Of a DNA stretch of 64,000 bases, positions 43,212-56,434 are shown one piece after another. A program made the translations under genes and the position numbers. The notes beneath the pieces were generated by a model. It did no database searches and was not told the DNA's origin. It worked only from the letters and a program-made list of their open reading frames with translations. This DNA comes from Octopus vulgaris. Taxonomy: Eukaryota. The stretch spans positions 49,538,001-49,602,000 of the forward strand of contig OX597835.1 in the NCBI GenBank assembly GCA_951406725.2, written 5' to 3'. Each line of letters opens with the position of its first letter. Positions within the stretch are counted from its first letter, which is position 1.

Positions 43212-44383
43212 CTGCAAGTGATGGTGGTGGTGGTGGTGGTGCTGGTGGTGTTGGCTGCAGCGATGCTGGTGTTGATGGCATCGACGTGGTCGTTTGTTCG
43301 TTAAAATGATGCTGTTGTTCGTTGTGATGGCGCTTCTGCTTGCCAGTAGTGGTGGTGATAATGGCGGTGGCGACGGTGGTGTTTTGTAATTGTGGAACTT
43401 GTGACGGCGCTGGTGGCGTGACGGCGTTGGCATGGCGGTGTTGGTGTGGTGGCGTCGGCGTGGCGGCGCTGGTGTAGCCGTATTGTTGGTGCTTGCTTTC
43501 GTGTTTGTTGTGATGTTTGTGGTGGTGGTGCTGGTGATTTTGGCTACAGAGACGATGGCGGTGTTGGCGTGGTGGTTTCTTCATTAAGACGATGGTTTGG
43601 GTTGAAATAGTGATGTTGTTGCTACGAATGTTTATGGCAGTGGTGGAGGTGGAGGTCTTCGCTACGGAACAGGAAGTGATGGCTATAATGCTGCTGCTGC
43701 TGCTTCTGCTGCTGGTGTTGTTAGTGTTTGTGATGGTGGTGGTAGTGGCGGCGGTGGTGACGGTGGCGCAGACGTGCTGGTCTGATGGTCCTTGTTGGAG
43801 TGGTGGTTTCCGTCGTGGTGGTCTTAATATTGTATTGTCATTCGTAACAGTGGTGAGGGTTGTGCTGACGAGTTAATTATGATGTTGATGGTTTGTGGTG
43901 GTGGTGGTGGTGGTGGTGGTTGTAGTCGTGGCGCTCGTTGTAGTCAGGCGGTAGTGTTGCCTCTGATGTTCCTATGATAGCATTGTCCATTGTGCCGCCG
44001 CTGGTGGTATTGGTGCCGATGGTTGTACTGTAACTTGTGTCGGTGGTATTGGTGGTATGGCAATACGGTTGGTAGTGGCGATGGAGCTGATGGTGGCATT
44101 GCTGTGGTGTCGTCGGTGTGGGCGATGGCATTATGTTCGTTATGACGATGATGATGATGATGATGATGGTGCCAGTGACACTACGACGGCGGTGGTGCTG
44201 GTGATTTTGGCTCTATAAAGGTGTGACACTGTTTCGGCGCTAGTGGCATAGTAGTGATGATGGTCATGGTGGTAGCGTCTTGCCGATGTTGCTGATATCG
44301 GTGGTGTCGGTCACGTTGTTGCGTTGACTGTGGTAGTAGTGGTGGCGTTGATAGGGTGGGTTAATAATGCACTGGCTATTTTT

Positions 44384-44443
<60 letters not shown>

Positions 44444-44709
44444 ATGCTGTTGTTGGTGGTGGTGGTGTGGAGCTTGATTGAATTTGTCGTTCGTGGACGT
44501 AGCTTTTGTAGTAGTGGTGGTAGTTGTTAGGCGGCGAGGTAGTATTGGTGGTGGTGGTGGTGTGGTGCAGTGGTCATAGCAATATTTTTTAATGGTTACG
44601 GCGACGGCGTGGATGGCGTTGCCGTTGTTGTTGTTGTTGTTGTTGTCATCATCGCGCTACTTATAAATATTTCAAACATTGTAGCTTCTCATTATTATTA
44701 TTATTATTG

Positions 44710-44988
44710 TTGGTGGTGGTGGTGGTGGTGGTGACGGCGGCGGTGGCGGCGGCGGCGGTGGTGACGGCGGCGGCGGTGGTGACGGCGGCGGCGGTGGTGA
44801 CGGCGGCGGTGGTGACGGCGGCGGCGGTGGTGACGGCGGCGGCGGTGGTGACGGCGGCGGCGGTGGTGGTGGCGGCGGCGGTGGTGACGGCGGTGGTGAC
44901 GGCGGTGGTGACGGCGGTGGTGACGGCGGTGGTGACGGCGGCGGCGGCGGTGGTGACGGCGGCGGCGGCGGTGGTGGTGAGGGTGGTG
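44710..44988 (+). repeat. GC-rich compound trinucleotide minisatellite (GGT)2-GAC-(GGC)1-4
   Basis: Direct reading; it produces the SPPPP and VVTAAA ORFs. Confidence 0.95.
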
Positions 44989-45559
44989 TATTCATACTGT
45001 TGTCGTTAATGGTTACTGTAGGAGTAGGGTGGACATGGTGTATTGGTGGTAGCAGTGGTGGTGGTGGTGCTGCTGCTGCTGGTGATTGTAGTAGTGGTGG
45101 TCATGGGGTAGTGGTAGTACTGCCGATAGTTTTGGTGTAGGTGTTAGTGATGTTTATGCAGTTGTTCAGATTGTTGTTGTTGTTGGTGGTGGTGGCCGTA
45201 GCACTGTTGTTGTTGTTGGTATTGCTGTTCCTATTGCTGTTGTTGTTGTTGTTGTTGTTGTTGTTGATGCACTTTTGTTATTGCGGCTGTTATGGTCCAA
45301 AATTCTTGTTGTTGTTCTTGGTAGCATTCATAGTTTTTTTTTGTGTGTGTCTCAGTGGTTATCCTTGTTGTTGTTGTTGTTGTTGTTGTAATACTGGGTG
45401 GTCCAGTTGTCTCTGTTGTTGTTACTATTGTCGCTGCTGCTGTTGCTGCTGTTGTTGTTGATGTTGTTGTTGTCGTTGTTCTCATTATTACTTTATAACT
45501 TCATAGCTGCGTCCGTATCGATCTCTTTCAGAATCGAAAACAACAGACGTGTGTGAGAT

Positions 45560-45592
<33 letters not shown>

Positions 45593-45932
45593 TTGTGTGT
45601 GTGTTGTGTGTGTGTGGGATTGTGTGTGTGTGGGAGTGTGTGTGTGTGAGTTTGTAAATGAGAGCAGTATCACATATACACACAGTACTCACACGTACAT
45701 AAATACATATATATACATATATTTGGGTACATAAATGTGTATGTATATATGTGTGAGTGTGTGCTTGTGTGTTTGTGAGTGTACATATCTATATGGATAT
45801 CTATATATGTTCACGCGTATGTATATTATTTATATGTGCATTTATAAATTTACACACACACACATATATATATGATTATGCACATATGTGTACATATTCA
45901 CATATACATGTATGTATGTATGTATGTTCATG

Positions 45933-45963
<31 letters not shown>

Positions 45964-46314
45964 TATGAGAAACAATTGTAAAGAGAGAGAAATAAAGAAA
46001 CAGTGAAAGAAAGCGGGGGAGAGACAGTGCGTGTGTGTGTGTGTGTGTGTGATATTACCCTGTTTCACTTTTGATATCAGTAGTAGATGGTCTTGCATAA
46101 TTTATGGCGATATACATAACTACACCTGCTTGCCCTTATTGGGCCGGCCATTTTACTTTCATCACGGTCGTCTACTGTCATCGCATACATCACAACCATC
46201 ACCAGCAACATCGTCATCGTCGTTGTTAGTCATCGAGATTATCATCGCAGTCGATCGACGTCATTAACATCATCATCACCTGCATCATCTATTGTTATTA
46301 TTCGAGCTGTCTTC

Positions 46315-46455
46315 ATGTTCTGAGTTCAAATTCCGCCGAGGTCGACTTTGCCTGTCATCGTTTCGTCGTCGATAAGTATCAGTTACGCACTGGGTCGATG
46401 TTATTGACTAGTCCCCACCCACCAAATTTGAGGCCTTATGCCTCCAGTAGAAAGG

Positions 46456-46493
<38 letters not shown>

Positions 46494-46690
46494 GAAAAGC
46501 GACGAGTTGGCAAAATCGTTAGCACGCTGGACGAGATGCATGGCGGTATTTCGTTCTAAGTTCAAATCCGCCGAGATCGACTTTGCCTTTCATCCTTTCT
46601 GAGTCGATGAAATAAGTACCAGTTGCATAATGGGGTCGACTTAACCCCTCCCGCCAAATTCCAGGCCGTGTGCCTATAGTGGAAAGAGCT
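46315..46690 (+). mobile_element. Two tandem SINE family A copies
   Basis: GAGTTCAAATTCCGCCGAGGTCGACTTTGCC and GATCGACTTTGCCTTTCATCC, separated by (ATT)n. Confidence 0.85.
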
Positions 46691-46960
46691 ATTATCGTTA
46701 TTAATAATGTTCCTCTCAGTTTCTCTCCGATGTCCAAGACTGTATCTGGGTCAATAACCCAGTTGAAATATAATGGCTGGGTCACTGTGTTCATTACACT
46801 CGTCCAATGTCCCAAGGATAAGGAAGCCATTTGTACCAGTGATACAATGAGGTCAACCCCACACTGTAGACTCTCAAACGACCCATTAATGCATATTTTT
46901 CTATTGAAATAATCATATTGTTATAGACTCCAGGGAGATACGTTCCGAAACAGTCTCGCC

Positions 46961-47019
<59 letters not shown>

Positions 47020-47214
47020 ATGTGTGTGTGTGTGTGCGTATGTGTGTGCGTGTGTGGGTGTGCGTGCGTACTTGCATGTATTTGTGTGCGTGCGTGCTTG
47101 CGTGTCCGTGTGTATCGCAAATACGTATAGTTATCCATATATAGATAACAAAATAAAATGTCTGTGTGTAAGTGCCTGCATTTATATATACATGTGCATG
47201 TGTGTGTGTGTATA

Positions 47215-47273
<59 letters not shown>

Positions 47274-47347
47274 CATGCACACTCTCACAGACGCACACAT
47301 ATGTTTGTGGAATTCTGTCTATAATAATGATGATGATGATAATAATG

Positions 47348-47396
<49 letters not shown>

Positions 47397-47400
47397 TATG

Positions 47401-47431
<31 letters not shown>

Positions 47432-47454
47432 TAATAATAATAATGATAATAATA

Positions 47455-47485
<31 letters not shown>

Positions 47486-47514
47486 TGGTAATAATAATGA
47501 TAATAATAATAATG

Positions 47515-47545
<31 letters not shown>

Positions 47546-48209
47546 TAATAATAATGATAATAATAATGCTGATGATAATAAAACCAACAACAACTGTGAC
47601 AATAATACTAAAAACAAAAAAAAGTATCAATAATAAAAACTCTGATATTAATATGTCGGCCGTTTCATGTCTGCGCATGGCAAAAAAAATTGACACAGAA
47701 ACACACCCACACGCACGCACACACACACACACACACACACCCACACACACACACACACACGATGTATGCCTGCATGTGTGTGTGTGTTTGTGTGTTTGTG
47801 TGTGTTGATGTTTATTCGCTTATGTGGCTACCAACAAATGCAACACAGAAAGAAAACACGAAACAACCAGACCATCCTCTCGCCATTAATTATGTATAGA
47901 TGATACGTGAGCACCACTTGCAGGTCTACTGCCTATACCATCACCACACGTAGTGCCGCTATCTAGTACCGCCACCTACACCATCACTTCTACTCCTACT
48001 ACATTCATCACTACCACAACTACATGTGCCACCACTTAGTACAACTACCTACACCCTCATCACTGCTTGTGTCACTACACCCTATACTATTAACACTCGT
48101 ACTATTACCTAACCTACACATCCACTTCTGCTTGTCTCTCCATCTACACTTACCATCCAACACCTTTACTACAAGCCACACCACGCAAATCACCGCCGCC
48201 ATTGACATA

Positions 48210-48260
<51 letters not shown>

Positions 48261-49212
48261 CGCCACTGCTACTACTACCACCATCACTTTCATGCACTAC
48301 CCCCATCCCGCCCGCCGTCGCATCGAACGCCAACGCAGTGGAATCAACATCAGTGAGGGGTGTCTCTATGTATTCCGTCGACCTGCTAGATGTAGCAGCT
48401 AAATTTACCCTCCCGTCCTTGCAAATAGAAATGGCACGTTAGACAACGCAGTCTTGTCGGGATTGTCACGGATGGAACGTCATCGATTACAGAGTCCACT
48501 CCGATAAAATTGACTTTCGAGCTAATGAAGAACAATAAAGTACATCATTCACCGCCGCCATGACCACCACCACCAACACCACCGTATTCTGTAACTATTC
48601 CACCAGCACCACCACAACCACCTTCGTTAGACCACAACCACCTTCGTTAGACCACTGCCAACACAGTTGACAATCCCATCACTATCCCCACCCCCTAACC
48701 ATCACTACTGCCATATTGTGTAACTGCTATCGCTACTCCCACCACCACCACCACAATCATTGTCATTACTAATACAGCCATATTGATTTAACGCTATTAA
48801 ATATCCCCGATATATTGTTATATTTATGACCGGTGGAAAGTGTTACACTTATCCAACTAACACCGGATATTGACCGCATTTTACACAGACATGCGCGGGC
48901 GCGCATAGACAGACACACAAACACAGATGTATAAAGATAAATTACAAAGATAAACTGATACAAAAACCAAGTTACACACACACACACACACACACGTACA
49001 CACACACACACACACGTACACACACACACACTCTATGTTTATACATGTGATAAAATGAAATGACAAAGGAGTAAACGATTGCCTTATGAACGCCAATAGC
49101 TTACAGGTGTTTCTGCTGCAAGGTACAGTGAACTCATAGCTGAGTGGTTCAGTAAGTATCGGAACCTCGAATATGAAGTGCAATTTATTTGGGAACAGAA
49201 TGACATTCACGC

Positions 49213-49249
<37 letters not shown>

Positions 49250-49348
49250 GTATATATATATATACCTATATATATATATTATATTAATTATATATATATA
49301 TAATATATATATATATAGATATAGATATATATGTACTATATATACATG

Positions 49349-49440
<92 letters not shown>

Positions 49441-49484
49441 ATATATATATATATATATATAATATATATATATATATATACATG

Positions 49485-49525
<41 letters not shown>

Positions 49526-49528
49526 ATG

Positions 49529-49576
<48 letters not shown>

Positions 49577-49611
49577 ATGTATATATATATATATATATAT
49601 ACATGTATATG

Positions 49612-49647
<36 letters not shown>

Positions 49648-49651
49648 CATG

Positions 49652-49704
<53 letters not shown>

Positions 49705-49748
49705 ATGTATATATATACATGTATATGTAATATATATATATATATATA
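49213..49748. repeat. Long interrupted (TA)n array with a recurring ACATGTATATGT sub-unit
   Basis: Direct reading. Confidence 0.96.
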
Positions 49749-51151
49749 TTGCTTAATCAAAGTAGTAGCAAGGATGATCAGTTATTTATTAAGTTGTTAA
49801 ACTCATATTCTTAGAATGTAGGGTATCATTACTAAGCTCCGGTGACGGGATACGATGAATCCGTTGTATTCCTGACCTCTGCACCATAATGTGTGCGCAC
49901 GTGGACAGGTTGAAACTCAGAGAACTGCGCTGCACGCAACCGTCGTTGTGTTCCGGGAGCTTGAGGTGAACGAATGCACTGCGTTCTGTGTTAAACGGAG
50001 AAGTCTTGCAGTAAACTCGTCCAAATGAGTTCTCACCCCTTTCGACCATTGGACCATTTACCTTTTGTTCTCAAACGGTCGATAAAGTACCAATACGAAA
50101 TGCATAGATCAATATAATCGATTGAAAAGATAACCGTGGAAGTTGGTGCGCCAACACAGCTGCTATACTAAACATTAATAACTGGTTATATAAATGTGCG
50201 TGTGTGTTTGTGTATGTATGTATGTATGTATGTATGTATGTGTGTATATGCATATCCATACACATGCTCACAGTCACTCACTCACATAAACACACAGACA
50301 ACTATGGCCTCCAAGAGAAATTTTACCAGATAATAGCAAGTTACTTCAGACTCCCATCCTCTGAGGAAGTATAATGGATCTTTCTCCCTAATCAAGGCTT
50401 CACATAGTTTCCTCTTGGATCTTCCTATCAGTATTGGTCAAAACCTGTCTCATAAGCTTTGCATACAAGATGCATCTGTTAAAAACATGCACACACGAAA
50501 CTTGTAAAAACAAGCATGATGTAATAGCAAGCATTTCTTCTCTAGCTGTGAAATCTTAGGTTTCATGCCAGCCTGCATTCGTTAGCGACGTGAAATGAAC
50601 TTTGTTGACTGACAATCTATTTTGTTCCGTCAGTAGGATCGAATTTACCAAATAGAAGAACTGACGAACCGAAACCTCCCACTTGTCATAGAATTACAAG
50701 CGATCCGATTATAATTGCTTTCACCTCATTCTGCATTAAAGCACTCTTCTCTGGCAAAGTGCATCAAGTATATTTTATTTATTCTTCTCTCTTCGTATTT
50801 CATATTCTGGAGCGGAAATGCAGAGTGCTTGATAGTTTTGTCAATATAAGATTTACGGAGCATGTCATGCTTACATGCAAGATATACGGGCATCTATTGA
50901 TCGATCGATTTCTTTGTATACTCAACGATCAAACTAATTTTGTGTTTATATAATTATCAATTTGTATGTTGAGTCTGTGTATATCTGTGTATTTATACAT
51001 ACATAAGTATGTATGAATGTGTATATATGCATGTGTGTGTGTGTGTGAATGTGTGTGTGTGAGTGTTTGTGTGTGTGTGTCGAACTAATCAACAATCTAT
51101 CGAAACGTGATGTGTAACTTTTCCTCGTGCATTTATCTGACCACATAATTC

Positions 51152-51182
<31 letters not shown>

Positions 51183-51329
51183 AGGCATAATTATTTTCTC
51201 TTTAGCCGTAGATTAAAATCGGCCATATTTGTTTTCTGTCATTATTTCACAGAGACGAAAGCGAATGGATGGATGCGAAAGCTGATGTGTTATTTACTTC
51301 GTGATATTACAGCTGTTCGCTGATTATAC

Positions 51330-51686
51330 AACTTCGCATTCGACCTGCAATTTTAGGGCAAGGGGGTCACTCTATTACATCGGCCCCACGACTCCCCTGG
51401 TACTTATTCTATCAACTTCGAATGACAATCACTCTCGTCGGGGTCCGAACTCTGAATGTAAAAAAACCCGCAAGCAATATTGCAAAGCACTTTGTCCGAT
51501 AGGGTTAGGGTTAGGGTTAGCTCGCCACCCTAACGACAATAACAACAGCAGAAGCAGTAACAACAACAACAATAATAATAACGATAATAATAGTTTAAAA
51601 GTTTGGCACTCGGCCAGCAAATTCGAGGGAGGAGAATAGTCGATGCCATTTTGCCTAACGTGCCAACGATTCTACCAACTCGATCC

Positions 51687-51733
<47 letters not shown>

Positions 51734-51947
51734 CTTTTCTACTATAGGCACAAGGCTTGAAATTTTGGGGGAAGGAACTGGTCGATTACATCGACCCCAG
51801 TGTTTCACTGATACTTAATTTATCGACCTCGAAAGGATGAAAGGCAAAGTTGACCGCGATGGAATTTGAACTCAGAACGTAACGAAGGGCGAAATACCGC
51901 TTAGCATTTCGTCCAGCGTACTAACGATTTTGTCAGCACGTCACCTT
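51330..51947 (-). mobile_element. Stack of SINE family A copies or fragments
   Basis: Full copy at 51735-51947; degenerate copies at 51330-51535 and 51600-51690. Confidence 0.8.
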
Positions 51948-51960
51948 AACAACAACAACA

Positions 51961-52017
<57 letters not shown>

Positions 52018-52059
52018 GTAATAATAATAATAATAATAGTAATAATAATAATAATAATA

Positions 52060-52420
52060 GTATCAATACCAGCAGATGACAACGTGTCTCTAAAAGAAAT
52101 GGAGAAACTTTCAAAATACAAAGACCTGGAAATAGAGGTAACCAGAATGTGGAATCTAAAAACAGAAACAATTCCTATCATAGTAGGTGCATTAGGCATG
52201 ATAAAAAAATATTCAGACAAATACATAACATAAACACCAGGACTTACAAACAGATATAACATACAGAAAATTGCACTACTGGGCACTGCACACATCCTAC
52301 GCAAAACACTTTCAATACAATAACCATCAGAGCATCACAACAAATCATAGCACATACCCAAGGCACACAGAGCTGCGCTCGGTAGTGAAGTGAAAGCATG
52401 CTATAAAAATAAAAATAAAA
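52060..52420 (+). mobile_element. 3'-end fragment of the same Dong/R4 LINE (end of RLE domain + 3'UTR)
   Basis: Matches the reverse complement of 62021-62381 with about 12 mismatches in about 360 nt (hand count). Has an in-frame TAA near 52231 and is embedded in (AAT)n. Confidence 0.93.
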
Positions 52421-52429
52421 ATTTTTTTA

Positions 52430-52460
<31 letters not shown>

Positions 52461-52464
52461 GTAA

Positions 52465-52677
52465 TCCTTTCTACTGGAAGCACAAGGCCTCAAATATGGG
52501 GGAAAGGATTAAGTCGAATACATCGACTGCGTAACTGGTGTTTATTTAATCGACCCCGAAAGGATGAAAGGCAAAGTCGACCTCGACGGAATTTGAACTC
52601 AGAACGTAGCGGCAGACGAAATATACCGCTAAGCATTTCACCCGGTGTGCTAACGTTTCTGCCAGCTCGCCGCCTTA
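52465..52677 (-). mobile_element. SINE family A, well conserved full copy
   Basis: ATCGACCCCGAAAGGATGAAAGGCAAAGTCGACCTCGACGGAATTTGAACTCAGAACG..GCCAGCTCGCCGCC. Confidence 0.9.
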
Positions 52678-52852
52678 ACAACAACAGCAGCAGCAGCAAC
52701 AACAACAACAATAATAATAATCATAATCATAATAATAATGATATTGATAATAATATTAATAATAAAGTTAAGGTTTTAATATGATACAATTATGCTATTT
52801 GCACGGCGAATGCTTCAGTTTGTGGCAATGACGACAGCACTGCTAATGATGG

Positions 52853-52901
<49 letters not shown>

Positions 52902-53268
52902 AAAATCAACAACAACAATGCAAACAAATATTGAGACAACATTGTCTTAACTTTCCATCTTTTTTTTTGTCTTCTTTCTCACCTACATACTCCCTTCCCA
53001 AACCCCCAACCCTAAATGTCCCCCCCCCCCGCCTCCACCGCCACCATCTCCACCTGACTTACATTTATACATAACAACATAACACGCCGTAACCATTTAT
53101 ATTGCCCGCCAGACATTTGCAGCTATTTAGCAATGCCTCTCACGGAGTCAATTGACATTGTAAAAATCCACTAAACACACCCTTCCAGGGGAGACCCTCT
53201 CCACCTTCTACCATCGCTGCACCAGTATATTGACTCTTACACTTTCTCTTCAACTTGTTTTTCTATAC

Positions 53269-53331
<63 letters not shown>

Positions 53332-53507
53332 CATTCTATTTTAATACTACTACTACTACTACTACTATTATCATCATAGCTTTTTTGTTTGTTGGTTTTA
53401 CTTTTAATCCCGTCGTTTCGTTAAATGCCTCTTTTAGTGAGTGTGTCGATGTCTGTGTATGCTTTACTTAGTTTTCCGTATGTATATGTAATATAACTGT
53501 GAATTGG

Positions 53508-53544
<37 letters not shown>

Positions 53545-53724
53545 AATACGTGTTAAGATGCGTTTGAGTATATGTGTATATATGTATATGCGTGTATATG
53601 TGTCTGCGTATGTTTGGCATAAACGTAATCTTGAAACGTTCTATGCTGATGTCTGTTCGTCAACGACTTCGCAGTCTCAATAAACTTAATCTTCAACACA
53701 TCTGTTTACACACATATCTAGAAA

Positions 53725-53763
<39 letters not shown>

Positions 53764-54154
53764 AGGCGCCTGCGCGCCTCTGCCTTTCTCCTTCCGTCTA
53801 TATTTATCCGTCCATTTATCTCTTTAGCTCTTACTCATTGTCTCTATTTCGATCCCTCTCTTAATGTTCATTTAAGTATCGATTTATCCAGCCAGTAGTC
53901 TTCTGTCTGTCTGTCTGTCTATTTGTGGTGAGGGGGATGCATATATCTGTGTGTTCGCGCCTTTCACTGTGTTTGTCACTTACTGCTTTTCAACCACAGA
54001 CGGTTTGTTTACGTCCTGGTAACATAGTGTTTGGCAAATATAACTGAGAGAATAAACGCAAGTCAGAACTGGGAATCGATTTTGTCAAATATCCTCTTCA
54101 AGGCTGTGCCCCAGAGTGGCCGCAGCACACTGACTGAAACAAGAGTAACGCACG

Positions 54155-54220
<66 letters not shown>

Positions 54221-54269
54221 CACATATTTCTGTCTTGTAAACTATGTATCATGCTATATACATAGATGT

Positions 54270-54560
54270 GGAGGCGCGTAGCTTTGGTTAGGCTGATGCA
54301 GTCAAGCTCCTAAGATTCTGGTTTCGATTCCTGGATGGGCGATGCGTTTATTTGAGCAAAGCACCTCACTTAACGTTGCTCCATTCCGCTCAGGCAAAAG
54401 TGAATTATCTTATGACGGACCATCGCCCCATCCAGGAGATGAATATAGACGTTGCTCTGCGATCACTTCGTCGCCTGAGCGCTACGGTACAGCATACGCA
54501 TTGATTACTATAAACGAATCATCTGTGCAGCTCGTTCGGTAAAAAGTTGAACACCCCCAT
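54270..54560 (+). mobile_element. Degenerate tRNA-derived SINE with a head related to family B
   Basis: GGAGGCGC..TGGTTAGG head, B box GGTTTCGATTCC, TTGAGCAAAGCAC segment similar to 14077-14090. The 3' boundary is uncertain. Confidence 0.6.
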
Positions 54561-54579
54561 ACGTCGTCTTCGACATACA

Positions 54580-54666
54580 TGCCCCGGGGCTATAGTAGAA
54601 GACACCTACCCAAGGTGCCACGCAGTGGAACTGAACCCGGAACGATGTGGTTAGGAAGCAAGCTTC
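54580..54666 (-). mobile_element. 5' part of tRNA-derived SINE family D (CORE-like body)
   Basis: Reverse complement AAGCTTGCTTCCTAACCACATCGTTCCGGGTTCAGTTCCACTGCGTGGCACCTTGGGTAGGTGTCTTCTACTATAGCC. Related heads at 8895-8960 (-) and 56454-56500 (+). Confidence 0.72.
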
Positions 54667-54692
54667 ACACACACACACATGCGCGCGCGCGC

Positions 54693-54743
<51 letters not shown>

Positions 54744-55207
54744 ATTCCCGTACAAGAATAATATTCCCAGTGACTTCGATGCTAAACCATCGTCAGCAGT
54801 TGGACGATGGCTTAACTAACAGGAACTTCGGAGTCACTGTCAACATCATTCTCGTATAAAAATAATAAATTTGCATTCTACAAAAATATAGAGTCAGCCA
54901 TCAGATCAATGTCAAATCGTTTGTATTATAACTGAACATACAAAGAAGCATTCATATATATATGGTGCTTTACAGTGGTTTAAAGCTTTAGCTCTTATTT
55001 CTAGCAGGTTGATGTTTTTCTACAACCTTACGCTTCGTACTAATTTGTATATGCATGTATGTATGTATGTATGTATGTATGTATGTATGTATGTATGTAT
55101 GTATGTATGTATGTATGTATGTATGTATGTATGAATGTATGTATGCATGTATGTATGTACACATGCATTCTTTCTATCTATCTATTATATATTAATATAT
55201 GATAAAC

Positions 55208-55239
<32 letters not shown>

Positions 55240-56159
55240 TTCTCTATTTATTGTGTATCATTATATAGTAAATATATATCTATCTATTGATTTAGTTTGC
55301 AGTGTCTCTCGCTTTTTATGTCTTCCATTTACGTCCTACATGCGCAGCCATTGACATAACGAACGAAACTTGGCAGTCAGTCGATCTAAACAGACGTAAA
55401 GCTGCTTTCTCTGTCGCTATGTTTCTCCTCGCAACTGCGAAACTCTCCATAACACTTTGCCATAATCCTTCACTCCCTGTCTCTTAATCTTCATTTTATC
55501 CCGCTTCTTCTCCTCCCTCCCTCCCTCCCCAGCTATCTGTCTGTCAGCCATTCGCCCCTTTTCTCTTCCTGTCTATGTAATTATCTAATACCCTCTCATT
55601 AAAGGACCGCACTCAAACGATTAACGCCAATCCTTGCCAATGGAGTTCTCTATTTACCGTAAACTTCAGCGGAAAAGTAAAAGGAAAAAACAAAAACAAG
55701 AACAAAAAATCGATCTTTTTATAAAGCGATGATTTTACCGCCGTGCGCGCTGCTGGAGTTGTATGGCGCCTGCGCATTGTTATGTAATATTCTCATTGAA
55801 TGAAATGTGTGTGTGTGTAACGATAAAGCAACGTAAGTGTGCAGCGCCAATTAAAAGAAATATCCCACAGCACCAACAATTTGATAGGAGAGAAGGTAGT
55901 GGTGGGGGTAGAGGGGGGAGGGTAGTATATCGGATTAAGATGATTGCAGTAAATGGATCGATTGATATTATATTGATCTTCTGAAGAAAAAATGCACAAG
56001 GTGAAGTTTGGTAAATCGGGCCACGTTTTATTTGTTTCACAACACTGAAGAGCTCGGCGGGATTTGAACGCAGGACAAACGGATAATTGAACGGCACTAG
56101 CTTATAATGTTTTTTGTTCTATCTCGGTAGGGTCATTATCCCATTAATAAACACACGCA

Positions 56160-56364
56160 CTGTGGAAAGACCGTTAGCACACCGGGTAAAATTCTTAGCT
56201 GCATTTCGTCCGTCTTTACGTTCTGAGTTCAAATTCCGCCAAAGTCGACTTTGCCTTTTATCTTTTCGGGATCGATAAAATAAGGATCAGCTGAGTACTG
56301 GGGTCGAAGTTATTGATTTACCCCCGTCCCCCGGGACTGCTGGACTTGTGCCAAAATTTGAAAC

Positions 56365-56366
<2 letters not shown>
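56160..56366 (+). mobile_element. SINE family A with (ATT)n tail
   Basis: TACGTTCTGAGTTCAAATTCCGCCAAAGTCGACTTTGCC..TTGTGCCAAAATTTGAAACC(ATT)n. Confidence 0.88.

Positions 56367-56434
<68 letters not shown>

Noticed and set aside
44672-44995. Extensin/formin-like SPPPP protein
   Set aside because: A pure minisatellite with no splice or domain context.
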